From: an uncultured Victivallis sp.
GTDB lineage: Bacteria > Verrucomicrobiota > Lentisphaeria > Victivallales > GWF2-50-93
DNA: 64,000 nt
Direction of reading: 5' to 3'
Assembly: GCA_964600895.1 (NCBI GenBank)
Contig: CAZRKP010000003.1
Span: forward strand, 122,416-186,415
The position numbers and the translations under genes were made by a program. Of the stretch, positions 40,168-48,779 are shown one piece after another. The notes under the pieces are model-generated. The model saw nothing but the letters and a program-made list of their open reading frames with translations, was not told the DNA's origin and ran no database searches. Position 1 is the stretch's first letter; each line of letters opens with the position of its first letter.

Positions 40168-42156
40168 ATGAGAAAATTTGCGATAATCACAATTTTACTT
40201 CTGTGCCTTCCGGTGATGGCTCAGAATCTTTCCATGTTCTCCGGAGGCGACTTCAGAGGTAGCAATCCCATTGACATCAGCAAAGGATTCCCTCCAAATT
40301 CCTTCCTGGTTCTATGCTACCATGATATTCCATTCAAAATTGCAGATGACAAGGATGCCTATGCCGTGGAGCTCGAATCTTTCGTGAAACAGCTTGAATA
40401 CCTCAAATCCGAGGGATGCAGTTTCATAAGCGCTGACGACATCCTCAAGGCCAAGGTCGGGGAGAAGAAGCTTCCGGAAAAGGCGGTGCTGCTTTCCTTC
40501 GACGACGCATACGACACTTTCTACAGGAATGTCTTTCCACTGCTCAAGCTTTACAAATGTCCGGCCGTGCTCGCAGTAGTGACAAGCTGGATAGACGCCC
40601 CGCCGGATGATCCGGAATACAACAAGAAATTCATGACCTGGGAACAGTTGCGTGAAGTCGCGTCCTCTGGGTTTGTAAAAATTGCCAGCCACAGCCATGC
40701 CCAGCACAAGGGAGTTCTTATGAACCCCCTTGGAAGCATGGCTTCCGCCATACAGACCAGGATATATGATCCCGCAGGTAGGAAATATGAGACCGACCAG
40801 GAATACATCGGACGACTGCGCGATGATTTCAGCAGGTCGTTCTTGATTATAAAGGAAAGGACCGGGGTTGCGCCGGAATCCATCGTCTGGCCTTATGGAA
40901 GATATAACTATGCTGCAGTTCAAGAGGCACAGAAAGCAGGCTTCAAGATGATGTTCACACTCGACGATGGATTTGGAACTCCTGAAAGGATTGATGCCAT
41001 ACCCAGATACATGATAATGAATAATCCGACCATAGAGAATTTCGCGGTCATGTTCAAGAAGAGTTTCATGAACATCGCCAGGCTCCGTGTCATCCATGCC
41101 GATCTGGACTCAGTCTATGATCCGGATCCGGAAAAGCAGAATAAGAATATCGACGCCTTCATAGAGAGGATCTACAGGATTAAGCCTTCCGCCGTATACC
41201 TCCAGGCGTTCTGCGACGATAAGGGTGATGGAAACGTATCATCCGTATATTTCAACAACAGGTTGCTGCCGATGAAGGCCGATATCTTCAGCAGGATAGC
41301 CCGTTCATTGTTCGTAAGAGGGATATCCGTCTATGCCTGGATGCCTGCGATGACCTATGTCCTGCCGGATGAAAAGGAGAACGAAAGGCTGCGGATCTGT
41401 GAGTTCCGCGATGGAAAGATCCAGCCTTCCACCTCATGGTATAAGCGCCTTTCCCCGTTCAACGAGGATGCATGCCGGAAGATAGAGATGATCTTCGAGG
41501 ATCTATCCATCTACTGCGATTTCGATGGAATAATCTTCCAGGACGACGCATACATGAATGACTACGAGGATTTCAGCCCTGAGGCTTTGAAGGAATACGT
41601 CAAGATCTCCGGTGATGCCAATATTCCTTTCAGCAAGCTGAGCAACGAGCAAAAGGATAAATGGACAGATGTCAAGACTGAAAGAATAATGTCTCTCACG
41701 GACAGGATCAAGAAAAAAGTACTTTACTACCGGCCTGAGATCCGTTTCGCCAGGACCCTTTATGCCCCGGTACTTCTAAAGCCTGAAAGCGAGGAATGGT
41801 TCTGTCAGAATTATGAGAAGACCTTGAAACGTTATGATTATGCTGTCATAATGGCATATCCGAAGATGGAAGATGTGTCGGTTTTCAGCGAGGACTCATG
41901 GCTCAGGTCGCTTGTCCAAAAGGCATCCAAATTCCCGAACGGGCTTGACAGTACTGTCTTCAAGACACAGGCATTCGACTGGAAAAAGGACAAATGGATC
42001 AGTTCCTCCACGGTCAACCAATGGCTCAGGATCCTTGTGGCGGCAGGTGCATATCACATTGCATATTATCCTGATGATTATATCGGCAACCGTCCTGATT
42101 TGAAGACCATATCTGACATGATATCTTCAAGGTATTTCCCATATGAAAACAAATAG
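40168..42156 (+). CDS. pgaB: PNAG N-deacetylase / GH153 PgaB
   Basis: VLCYHD, LSFDDAY, ASHSHAQH (CE4); DLDSVYDPD, FQDDAY..DYEDFS, YAVIMAYP, AYYPDD (GH153). Confidence 0.94.
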   Translation: MRKFAIITILLLCLPVMAQNLSMFSGGDFRGSNPIDISKGFPPNSFLVLCYHDIPFKIADDKDAYAVELESFVKQLEYLKSEGCSFISADDILKAKVGEKKLPEKAVLLSFDDAYDTFYRNVFPLLKLYKCPAVLAVVTSWIDAPPDDPEYNKKFMTWEQLREVASSGFVKIASHSHAQHKGVLMNPLGSMASAIQTRIYDPAGRKYETDQEYIGRLRDDFSRSFLIIKERTGVAPESIVWPYGRYNYAAVQEAQKAGFKMMFTLDDGFGTPERIDAIPRYMIMNNPTIENFAVMFKKSFMNIARLRVIHADLDSVYDPDPEKQNKNIDAFIERIYRIKPSAVYLQAFCDDKGDGNVSSVYFNNRLLPMKADIFSRIARSLFVRGISVYAWMPAMTYVLPDEKENERLRICEFRDGKIQPSTSWYKRLSPFNEDACRKIEMIFEDLSIYCDFDGIIFQDDAYMNDYEDFSPEALKEYVKISGDANIPFSKLSNEQKDKWTDVKTERIMSLTDRIKKKVLYYRPEIRFARTLYAPVLLKPESEEWFCQNYEKTLKRYDYAVIMAYPKMEDVSVFSEDSWLRSLVQKASKFPNGLDSTVFKTQAFDWKKDKWISSSTVNQWLRILVAAGAYHIAYYPDDYIGNRPDLKTISDMISSRYFPYENK

Positions 42157-42170
42157 ATGAAGGACAGATA

Positions 42171-43400
42171 ATGGATATCGTCTACAATTTCGTATTCTAC
42201 TATCCCCTTCTTATGGGTTTCATCTGGATGTTCGGTTCCATACTATTCCGCATATACAGGGACACCTATTTGATCAAGGAACCTGATATCCCTGGAAATC
42301 CGATGGTTTCCATACTGGTCCCCTGCCACAATGAGGAGGAATGCATCGAGGATACGATTCGCTATCTCCAGCTGCAGTCCTATCGTAACTTTGAGATCAT
42401 CGCAATAGACGATGCAAGCAAGGACAAGACTGGAGAGATACTCATGAACCTTCAGAAGGAGTTCAGTAATCTCCGCGTGATCACCCTCAAAAGCAACCAG
42501 GGAAAGGGAACTGGATTGACCATGGCTGCAATGGTAAGCAAGGGTGAATTCCTGGTTGGTATTGATGCTGATGCACTTCTTGATCCTGATGCGGTAAAAT
42601 GGATAATGTGGCATTTTGCAAATTTCCCCAGAGTCGGTGCCGTCACAGGAAATCCCAAGGTAAGGAACAGGACCACTCTTCTTGCGAAGATACAGGTCGG
42701 CGAATATTCCACCATCATCGGAATGATAAAGAGGACGCAGAGGATCCTCGGCAAGATATATACCGTGTCTGGTGTTGTCGCGGCATTCAGGAAGAAAGCC
42801 CTGCTTGACGTTGGCTGGTGGTCCAACAACATGGTAACGGAAGACATTGATGTCAGCTGGAAGCTGCAGATTGACAAATGGGACATCCGCTATGAGGCTC
42901 GTGCACTCTGCTGGATACTTGTTCCAGAAACCCTCAAAGGAATCTTCAAGCAGCGCCTACGCTGGTCTCAAGGAGGGAACGAGGTGCTTATTAAATATTT
43001 CCCAAAGATACTCGATTGGAAAAGCCGCAGGATCTGGCCACTTTACATTGAGTATGCCGCAAGCGTACTCTGGTGCTATCTCCTCCTGCTTACATTTATA
43101 CTGTCAGTTCTTTATCTTCTGAATGTCCCGCTTCCTCAGGATCTTGTCGTGAGAAATGTCCTTTCTCCGGGCTGGACCGGAGTCCTTCTCGCCGCGGTCT
43201 GCATGCTCCAGCTTACGGTCGGGATAATATTTGATGCCAGATATGACAAAACCTTGCTGAAGATAATACCATGGATGATCTGGTATCCCGCCATTTACTG
43301 GGTAATCACCGCAATAACAACCATAATTGCATTCCCGAAGGCCCTGCTTAAGAAGAGGAATACTCTTGCGGTCTGGGAAAGCCCGGACAGGGGGTTGTGA
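42171..43400 (+). CDS. pgaC: PNAG synthase PgaC (GT2)
   Basis: PCHNEE, IDDAS, GIDADA, VTEDIDVSW, QRLRW, AVWESPDRG. Confidence 0.96.
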   Translation: MDIVYNFVFYYPLLMGFIWMFGSILFRIYRDTYLIKEPDIPGNPMVSILVPCHNEEECIEDTIRYLQLQSYRNFEIIAIDDASKDKTGEILMNLQKEFSNLRVITLKSNQGKGTGLTMAAMVSKGEFLVGIDADALLDPDAVKWIMWHFANFPRVGAVTGNPKVRNRTTLLAKIQVGEYSTIIGMIKRTQRILGKIYTVSGVVAAFRKKALLDVGWWSNNMVTEDIDVSWKLQIDKWDIRYEARALCWILVPETLKGIFKQRLRWSQGGNEVLIKYFPKILDWKSRRIWPLYIEYAASVLWCYLLLLTFILSVLYLLNVPLPQDLVVRNVLSPGWTGVLLAAVCMLQLTVGIIFDARYDKTLLKIIPWMIWYPAIYWVITAITTIIAFPKALLKKRNTLAVWESPDRGL

Positions 43401-43927
43401 TGAAAGAAGAAAAGAATTTTGACAAACCTATCATCATTGAAAGACCCAGTCTGGTCTCCAAGACACGGCATTATACGGAATGGACCATCCACATCATAGG
43501 TTGGATCCTCTGGATGCTCCTCATACGCCCGCTTATCATTTTGCTTTTGTGGTATCTCACCTACAGGTTCTTCAAATATGAGATGTTCACCCTCGAGGGG
43601 ATAGACAATCCGATATATTTCGGAATTGGAGCAGGAATACTTGTATCAATCTATCTGATCATGTTCGTCTGGAGCCGGTATAATGCATGGAGGTTCAAGG
43701 GCAAGGACAGACGCAAATCGCGCGGTGATGCAACACCGGAGGCAATAGCGGAATTCTATAAGATGAAGACGGAAGACATTTCCGCCCTCCAGAGTTCCAG
43801 CAAGATTGACATTTATTTCCTCGACAACGAACTCATAGAAATTGATAATGGCAGGGAAAACAGGATCAAGGCGTTATACGCACCGCTTAACCAGTCAAAA
43901 CACCATGACAAGAATTTTAAAATCTAA
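43397..43927 (+). CDS. pgaD: PNAG biosynthesis protein PgaD
   Basis: PIII, two TM helices, WSRYN..RF.G.DRR; overlaps the pgaC stop. Confidence 0.88.
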   Translation: MMKEEKNFDKPIIIERPSLVSKTRHYTEWTIHIIGWILWMLLIRPLIILLLWYLTYRFFKYEMFTLEGIDNPIYFGIGAGILVSIYLIMFVWSRYNAWRFKGKDRRKSRGDATPEAIAEFYKMKTEDISALQSSSKIDIYFLDNELIEIDNGRENRIKALYAPLNQSKHHDKNFKI

Positions 43928-43928
43928 T

Positions 43929-44507
43929 ATGTCTCCTGTAATTGTGGGAATGAGCATAAGCGGAATATTCCGCATGCTAGATCCATATACCAGGAAGCAT
44001 AGCCGGCGTATAAGCCGCATGGCTGTGATCATTGCAAGAAAAGTGGGGGTCTGCGACAAGGATGAACTGCGGAAAATAAGGATAGGCTGCCTATACCACG
44101 ACATAGGAAAACTTTTTATACCCTTGGAGGTCCTTAACAAGTCTGAACCACTCAGCAGAAGGGAATATTCCATGATAAAGAAACATCCCGTGTTCGGCTT
44201 GAGGATCATAAAGCGCTTTCCTGAACTTCATGATATCTCAAAAATAATCCTGCAGCACCATGAATCATGGGATGGGACCGGGTATCCACATGGCCTCAAA
44301 GCCGGGAAGACCTGTCTTGGAGCAAGGATCTGCAGTCTGGCAGATTCTTTCGATGCAATGCGGACGGACAGGACGTATAGCGGCAAAAAGCCCTTCCTCT
44401 TGGTAGTCAAAGAAATAAACAGATGTTCAGGGAAGAGATATGATCCTTCTGTCGTAGAGGCCTTCAACAAATGTGCCAGAAAACTTGACATGCTTGCAAG
44501 GGGATAA
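43929..44507 (+). CDS. Stand-alone HD-GYP c-di-GMP phosphodiesterase
   Basis: HSRR, YHDIGK, KHP, HHESWDGTGYP, ADSFDAM; ATG 43929 directly after the pgaD stop. Confidence 0.9.
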   Translation: MSPVIVGMSISGIFRMLDPYTRKHSRRISRMAVIIARKVGVCDKDELRKIRIGCLYHDIGKLFIPLEVLNKSEPLSRREYSMIKKHPVFGLRIIKRFPELHDISKIILQHHESWDGTGYPHGLKAGKTCLGARICSLADSFDAMRTDRTYSGKKPFLLVVKEINRCSGKRYDPSVVEAFNKCARKLDMLARG

Positions 44508-44511
44508 TAAG

Positions 44512-46170
44512 ATGAAAAGATTCAAAATATTCTTGCAAATCCTGATAACAGTTTGCTCCCTCAATGCATTAGCTCTCTCTCCTGAATTGGACAATTCGCT
44601 TACACCTGCTGAAAAAGAATGGATTAAAAAGCATCCTGCCATCCGCCTGGGAGTCGACAATTCCAGCTATTTCAGGGGCATGATTGATGATAACGGAAAT
44701 TATACCGGCATGGGTGCCGACTACGTCCGTCTTCTTGAAAAAAAGACAGGGCTTTTATTCAAGATCGTTCTTTGCGAAAACTGGAGCAATGTCATTGCAA
44801 AGGCCAAAGCCAAGGAAATTGATGTCATTCCGATAGTAGCAAAGACTCCTGAAAGGGAAAAATTCCTGAAGTTTACCATTCCATTCATTGACATGCCGAA
44901 TGTAATAATAACCTCCAGGAAAAGATCAGATATTACAAGTATTAACGATTTACGGGGCAAAACAGCTTCTGTAAACAAGGGATATGTCATACAGGAATGG
45001 CTTTCGGAAAACCATCCTGAAATAAAACTGGTATTCAGGACAAGTTCGGAGGAAGGTCTGAAGGCTGTCGCCGTTGGGGAAGTCGATTCATATGTCGGCG
45101 ATCTCTCTACAGCCGTATATGCCATCAACCATCTTTACCTGTCAGATCTAAAAATAGCGGCAAACGTTCCTTTCAATGTGAAATGGGGAATGGCGGTACG
45201 CGAGGACTGGCCGGAACTTGTAGCAATCCTCGACAAGGCCATCGGTTCTACCAATCCTGAAGAACATGCTGCAATAAAACGAAAATGGACCACTCTGTAC
45301 AGCGGAATTGATTATAAAACATTTCTCCTGATCATCATCCCCCTCATCATTGTTTTTATATTGCTGACAATGCTATATTCAAATATTCGACTGAAGAAAG
45401 AGGTTCTCCAGAGGAAAATTTCCGAAGCTAGACTTGAAAGCCTCCAGAAGATATCCCACTACAAGGCAAAGAGTATCCAGGACCTGCTGGATTATGCGCT
45501 CGGAGAAGCTATTTCCCTGACCAGCAGTAAGATCGGCTACATATACCATTATAATGAGGAAAGAGAAGAGTTTGTCCTGAACACGTGGTCGAAAGATGTC
45601 ATGAAGGAATGTACCATCGCCAATCCACAGAACATATACAAGTTAGACAAGACTGGAATATGGGGTGAGGCAGTACGCCAGAGGAAACCGATCATGCTGA
45701 ACAATTTCGAAGCACCCCATCCCCTGAAGAAAGGCTATCCGGAAGGTCATGCGAAATTATATCGGTTCATGACTATACCGGTTTTTGTCGAAGACAAGAT
45801 AGTTGCTGTCGCCGGCGTGGCGAATAAGGAGAAAGATTATGATGAGGCCGACGTAAGACAGCTTTCCATGCTTATGGATTCAGTATGGAAATATGTACAT
45901 AAGAAAGAATTGGAATCTGAAAAGGAAAAACTTATAAACGACCTCCAGAAGGCATTGTCAGAAGTCAAGACTCTCAGTGGGCTTCTGCCTATCTGCGCCA
46001 ACTGCAAAAAAATACGCGATGACAAAGGATACTGGGATATCCTTGAAAGTTATTTCATGAAGCATTCAGACACCAAATTCTCACATGGAATATGCCCGGA
46101 CTGCATGAAGAAGCTTTATCCCGAATATGCGGCAGATCTTGAAGACAAAGGACCATCTCAAAATCCATGA
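44512..46170 (+). CDS. Membrane sensor: periplasmic PBP domain - TM - GAF - small Cys4 domain
   Basis: Signal peptide; PBPb-like region (GMGADY, IDVIP, VAVGEVDSYVGD); one TM; GAF (GIWGEAVRQRKP, GYPEGH); C-terminal CANC...HGICPDC; no H-box, ATPase or GGDEF. Confidence 0.8.
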   Translation: MKRFKIFLQILITVCSLNALALSPELDNSLTPAEKEWIKKHPAIRLGVDNSSYFRGMIDDNGNYTGMGADYVRLLEKKTGLLFKIVLCENWSNVIAKAKAKEIDVIPIVAKTPEREKFLKFTIPFIDMPNVIITSRKRSDITSINDLRGKTASVNKGYVIQEWLSENHPEIKLVFRTSSEEGLKAVAVGEVDSYVGDLSTAVYAINHLYLSDLKIAANVPFNVKWGMAVREDWPELVAILDKAIGSTNPEEHAAIKRKWTTLYSGIDYKTFLLIIIPLIIVFILLTMLYSNIRLKKEVLQRKISEARLESLQKISHYKAKSIQDLLDYALGEAISLTSSKIGYIYHYNEEREEFVLNTWSKDVMKECTIANPQNIYKLDKTGIWGEAVRQRKPIMLNNFEAPHPLKKGYPEGHAKLYRFMTIPVFVEDKIVAVAGVANKEKDYDEADVRQLSMLMDSVWKYVHKKELESEKEKLINDLQKALSEVKTLSGLLPICANCKKIRDDKGYWDILESYFMKHSDTKFSHGICPDCMKKLYPEYAADLEDKGPSQNP

Positions 46171-46179
46171 ATCCTCACC

Positions 46180-46848
46180 TTATGAGGAAACCAACTCCAT
46201 CCATGCCCGTTTTGCACTGACGGTAAAATTGAGACAAAGCTTCGGATTGCGGCTACCATCCGGATTCTTGAGTCCGCTGTTCGCATCGACACCGTAAGGT
46301 CTAACGATCCTGATAGCCTCTGCTACGTTCTCACGGTTCAGTCCGCCTGCAAGTATCACCGGGAGCTGGGAATTCTTCACTATTTCCGCGCTTAACGCCC
46401 AGTCGTGGACCATCCCTGTTCCACCGACCTGTCCGGTGATCTTGTTGTAACTGTCCAGGAGAATCGCATCTATGAAGGGATAATATTCTTCCAGTGACGG
46501 CATCTTACCATCAACCACATGGACAGCATATATTATCTTGCCGTTCTTTGGAAGTGCATCGCATATCTTCCTGACCTCATCGACTGAATTTTTCCCATGC
46601 AGCTGGAGGGTAACCACATCCGTCTTTTTGACTATGTCAATAATCGAGTCGGCATCGGTAAGATGCGTGACTATTACAGGTGTTATATATGGCGTCATCA
46701 GCTCTGCAAGCCTTGCGGCTGTGCTTGGAAGGATGAAATCTGTGGATGCATGTACCTGCCCGACAAGCATCCCAGCCGCATCCGCTCCAGACTTGATAAC
46801 CGCATAAACGTCGGTTTCCGTCTTTATACCGCATATTTTGACTCTCAT
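46180..46848 (-). CDS. trpF: Phosphoribosylanthranilate isomerase-like protein
   Basis: MRVKICG, QLHG, LLDS, GGTG..HDW, LAGGLN.ENV, PYGVDANSG; start 46848 overlaps the coaX stop. Confidence 0.85.
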   Translation of the reverse strand: MRVKICGIKTETDVYAVIKSGADAAGMLVGQVHASTDFILPSTAARLAELMTPYITPVIVTHLTDADSIIDIVKKTDVVTLQLHGKNSVDEVRKICDALPKNGKIIYAVHVVDGKMPSLEEYYPFIDAILLDSYNKITGQVGGTGMVHDWALSAEIVKNSQLPVILAGGLNRENVAEAIRIVRPYGVDANSGLKNPDGSRNPKLCLNFTVSAKRAWMELVSS

Positions 46849-47564
46849 AGTGCACCTCCGAAACAGGACGCAATCCCACGCAAGGTGAAATCCTTGCCAC
46901 CGGATTTCATGCCTGGAATATTCCTTATGAAATAATCGGCATCTCCTCCGACGCCGAGAATCGTGCATTTCCTGAAACCGGCCTCCTTAATTATTCCACT
47001 GATAATCTCCCTGACGGAACCTATGACAGCAAGATCCGTTCCACTTAATATGGCAGATATGGTATTTCTGCCCAGAGCCCTGGGTCTGGCCTGGGAAACA
47101 GAGACTAGCGGTAACTGTGCAGTATAATCGTTCAATGCCCTTCTAAGAATGGTTCTGCCAGGAAGAATTGCCCCGCCGATTAATTCCTTTCTCGAATTTA
47201 TTGCATCAATGGTGATTGCTGTACCGCAATCCACGATTATCGCTGGAAGCCTTGCAAACTTCACAGCCGCCACCGCATTGGCCATCCTGTCGGCACCAAG
47301 AGTGGAAGAGTCTACTCTTCTCAAGCTTATCGGCAATGCTGATTTCCTTCCGAACCAGCGGATTTTCAATTTTTTGAGGATCTTCCTGGCTTCCGGCACT
47401 ACTGTGGAGGCTACTATTGGCAGTTTTGCATCATGAAGGAACGGCATCCTTTTTCTGGCCAGCAGCTCCTTGGTTGGAAAATAACGGATCTCATGGATCC
47501 TCCCCCTGGAGAATACGCCATACTGGGCTCTGGTATTGCCAATGTTTAGAACCAATAGCTTCAT
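46845..47564 (-). CDS. coaX: Type III pantothenate kinase
   Basis: LNIGNT, LGADR, VDCGTAITID, GGAILPG, GRNT, VGGDA. Confidence 0.92.
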   Translation of the reverse strand: MKLLVLNIGNTRAQYGVFSRGRIHEIRYFPTKELLARKRMPFLHDAKLPIVASTVVPEARKILKKLKIRWFGRKSALPISLRRVDSSTLGADRMANAVAAVKFARLPAIIVDCGTAITIDAINSRKELIGGAILPGRTILRRALNDYTAQLPLVSVSQARPRALGRNTISAILSGTDLAVIGSVREIISGIIKEAGFRKCTILGVGGDADYFIRNIPGMKSGGKDFTLRGIASCFGGAL

Positions 47565-47589
47565 GATGACAGCCCATTCAAGAAAAAAA

Positions 47590-47859
47590 TCAGTTGTTCC
47601 TGTATTTCAATGTCAGCGCCAGATCAATCGAAACCAGCACGGCATTCATTATGTAAAGAACTATGACATAATCATGGCAGTTTAGGACCTTGTGGATGAT
47701 CCCTGAAAGATATCCGAAAAGCAATATGCCTAAAAAATATGTGCTTTTCCCCTTTGAAACCTTCGTCTTCCAAAGCCTGTAGATTGAGAAAGGCCAAGCT
47801 ATCCCGAAACACAGGAGCATTACAGCTTCGAAAATCGTCTTTGTGTCCAAGATTGTCAT
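47590..47859 (-). CDS. Small 3-TM PQ-loop/SemiSWEET-like protein
   Basis: 89 aa, 3 TM, FGIAWP.SI...K.SKGKS pattern. Confidence 0.55.
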   Translation of the reverse strand: MTILDTKTIFEAVMLLCFGIAWPFSIYRLWKTKVSKGKSTYFLGILLFGYLSGIIHKVLNCHDYVIVLYIMNAVLVSIDLALTLKYRNN

Positions 47860-48779
47860 TTCCCAGCCTCTTTTGCGGGCTCTGTCCCGGTACCAGGAGG
47901 AACGTCCTTCTTTTCTTCAGTCTTTTTCACCTGAGAATTCAATTCGTCCTCCTGCTTGGTGATGGTATCCTGCAACTGAGACATCTTCTCCTTGTCATTC
48001 CTGGCACCATCAAGCTCCTTCAGAAGTTTGAGCTTTTCCTCGGCAATCCTGTTTCTTGTCTTGAGATCATCGATCTCCGCCTGCTTTGCCGCTTCATTCT
48101 CCTTCATCTCATTTGCCTGTTTTTCAAGGCCCGACTCAAGCTTCCGTATTTCGGTGTCCTTCTGCAGGATCACATTCCTATTCGACTCCATCTGCTGCTG
48201 TGCATTCTTCAGTTCGGTGAGATATGTCCTGTTCTCCATGAGAAGTTTCTGATTGTCAGTATATGATTTCTCAATCTTGAGATAAAAGAATGATCCAGTA
48301 GCTATCAGTGCAAACATAAGTATCACAACGACAGCGAACCAAAGGTTGGCCCTTGACGCATTCGCATCGTTCATCTTTTCGATCTCCTCGATCCTGCGGT
48401 TCATCTCGAGAAGAGTGTTCTTGATGGTCTCACCCATCTCTGTCATCGACTTCCTTATCACAAGACTTGTATTCTCGGACTCATCGGGTTCAATCTCTTC
48501 CTCAACATCCTGCTGCTTGTCAGCTATTTCACCATGCACAGGATGTCGTTTCGCAAGCTCCTCCTCAATGTCGAATGAGGAAAGGCCCTGGTTCCTGAGC
48601 TCAGATATCTCCTTCAGCACACCCACTGACAGTTCCGTGTATACTTTCCTCTTGCCTTGGATCTTGTAGTCGATATATGGCGAATATCTCACAAGCCAGT
48701 CCGTTATTGTCGTCCTGGGCACGTTCAGGACCTCTGCGAGTTCAATCACAGTATATTTCTTATTGGTTGGTTCAGTCAT
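47856..48779 (-). CDS. MerR-like HTH - TM - coiled-coil protein
   Basis: YTVIELAEVLNVPRTTITDW..Y, RKVYT...LKEISELRNQGLS; one TM (LWFAVVVILMFALIATGSFFYL); long E/K/Q heptad tail. Confidence 0.7.
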   Translation of the reverse strand: MTEPTNKKYTVIELAEVLNVPRTTITDWLVRYSPYIDYKIQGKRKVYTELSVGVLKEISELRNQGLSSFDIEEELAKRHPVHGEIADKQQDVEEEIEPDESENTSLVIRKSMTEMGETIKNTLLEMNRRIEEIEKMNDANASRANLWFAVVVILMFALIATGSFFYLKIEKSYTDNQKLLMENRTYLTELKNAQQQMESNRNVILQKDTEIRKLESGLEKQANEMKENEAAKQAEIDDLKTRNRIAEEKLKLLKELDGARNDKEKMSQLQDTITKQEDELNSQVKKTEEKKDVPPGTGTEPAKEAGK

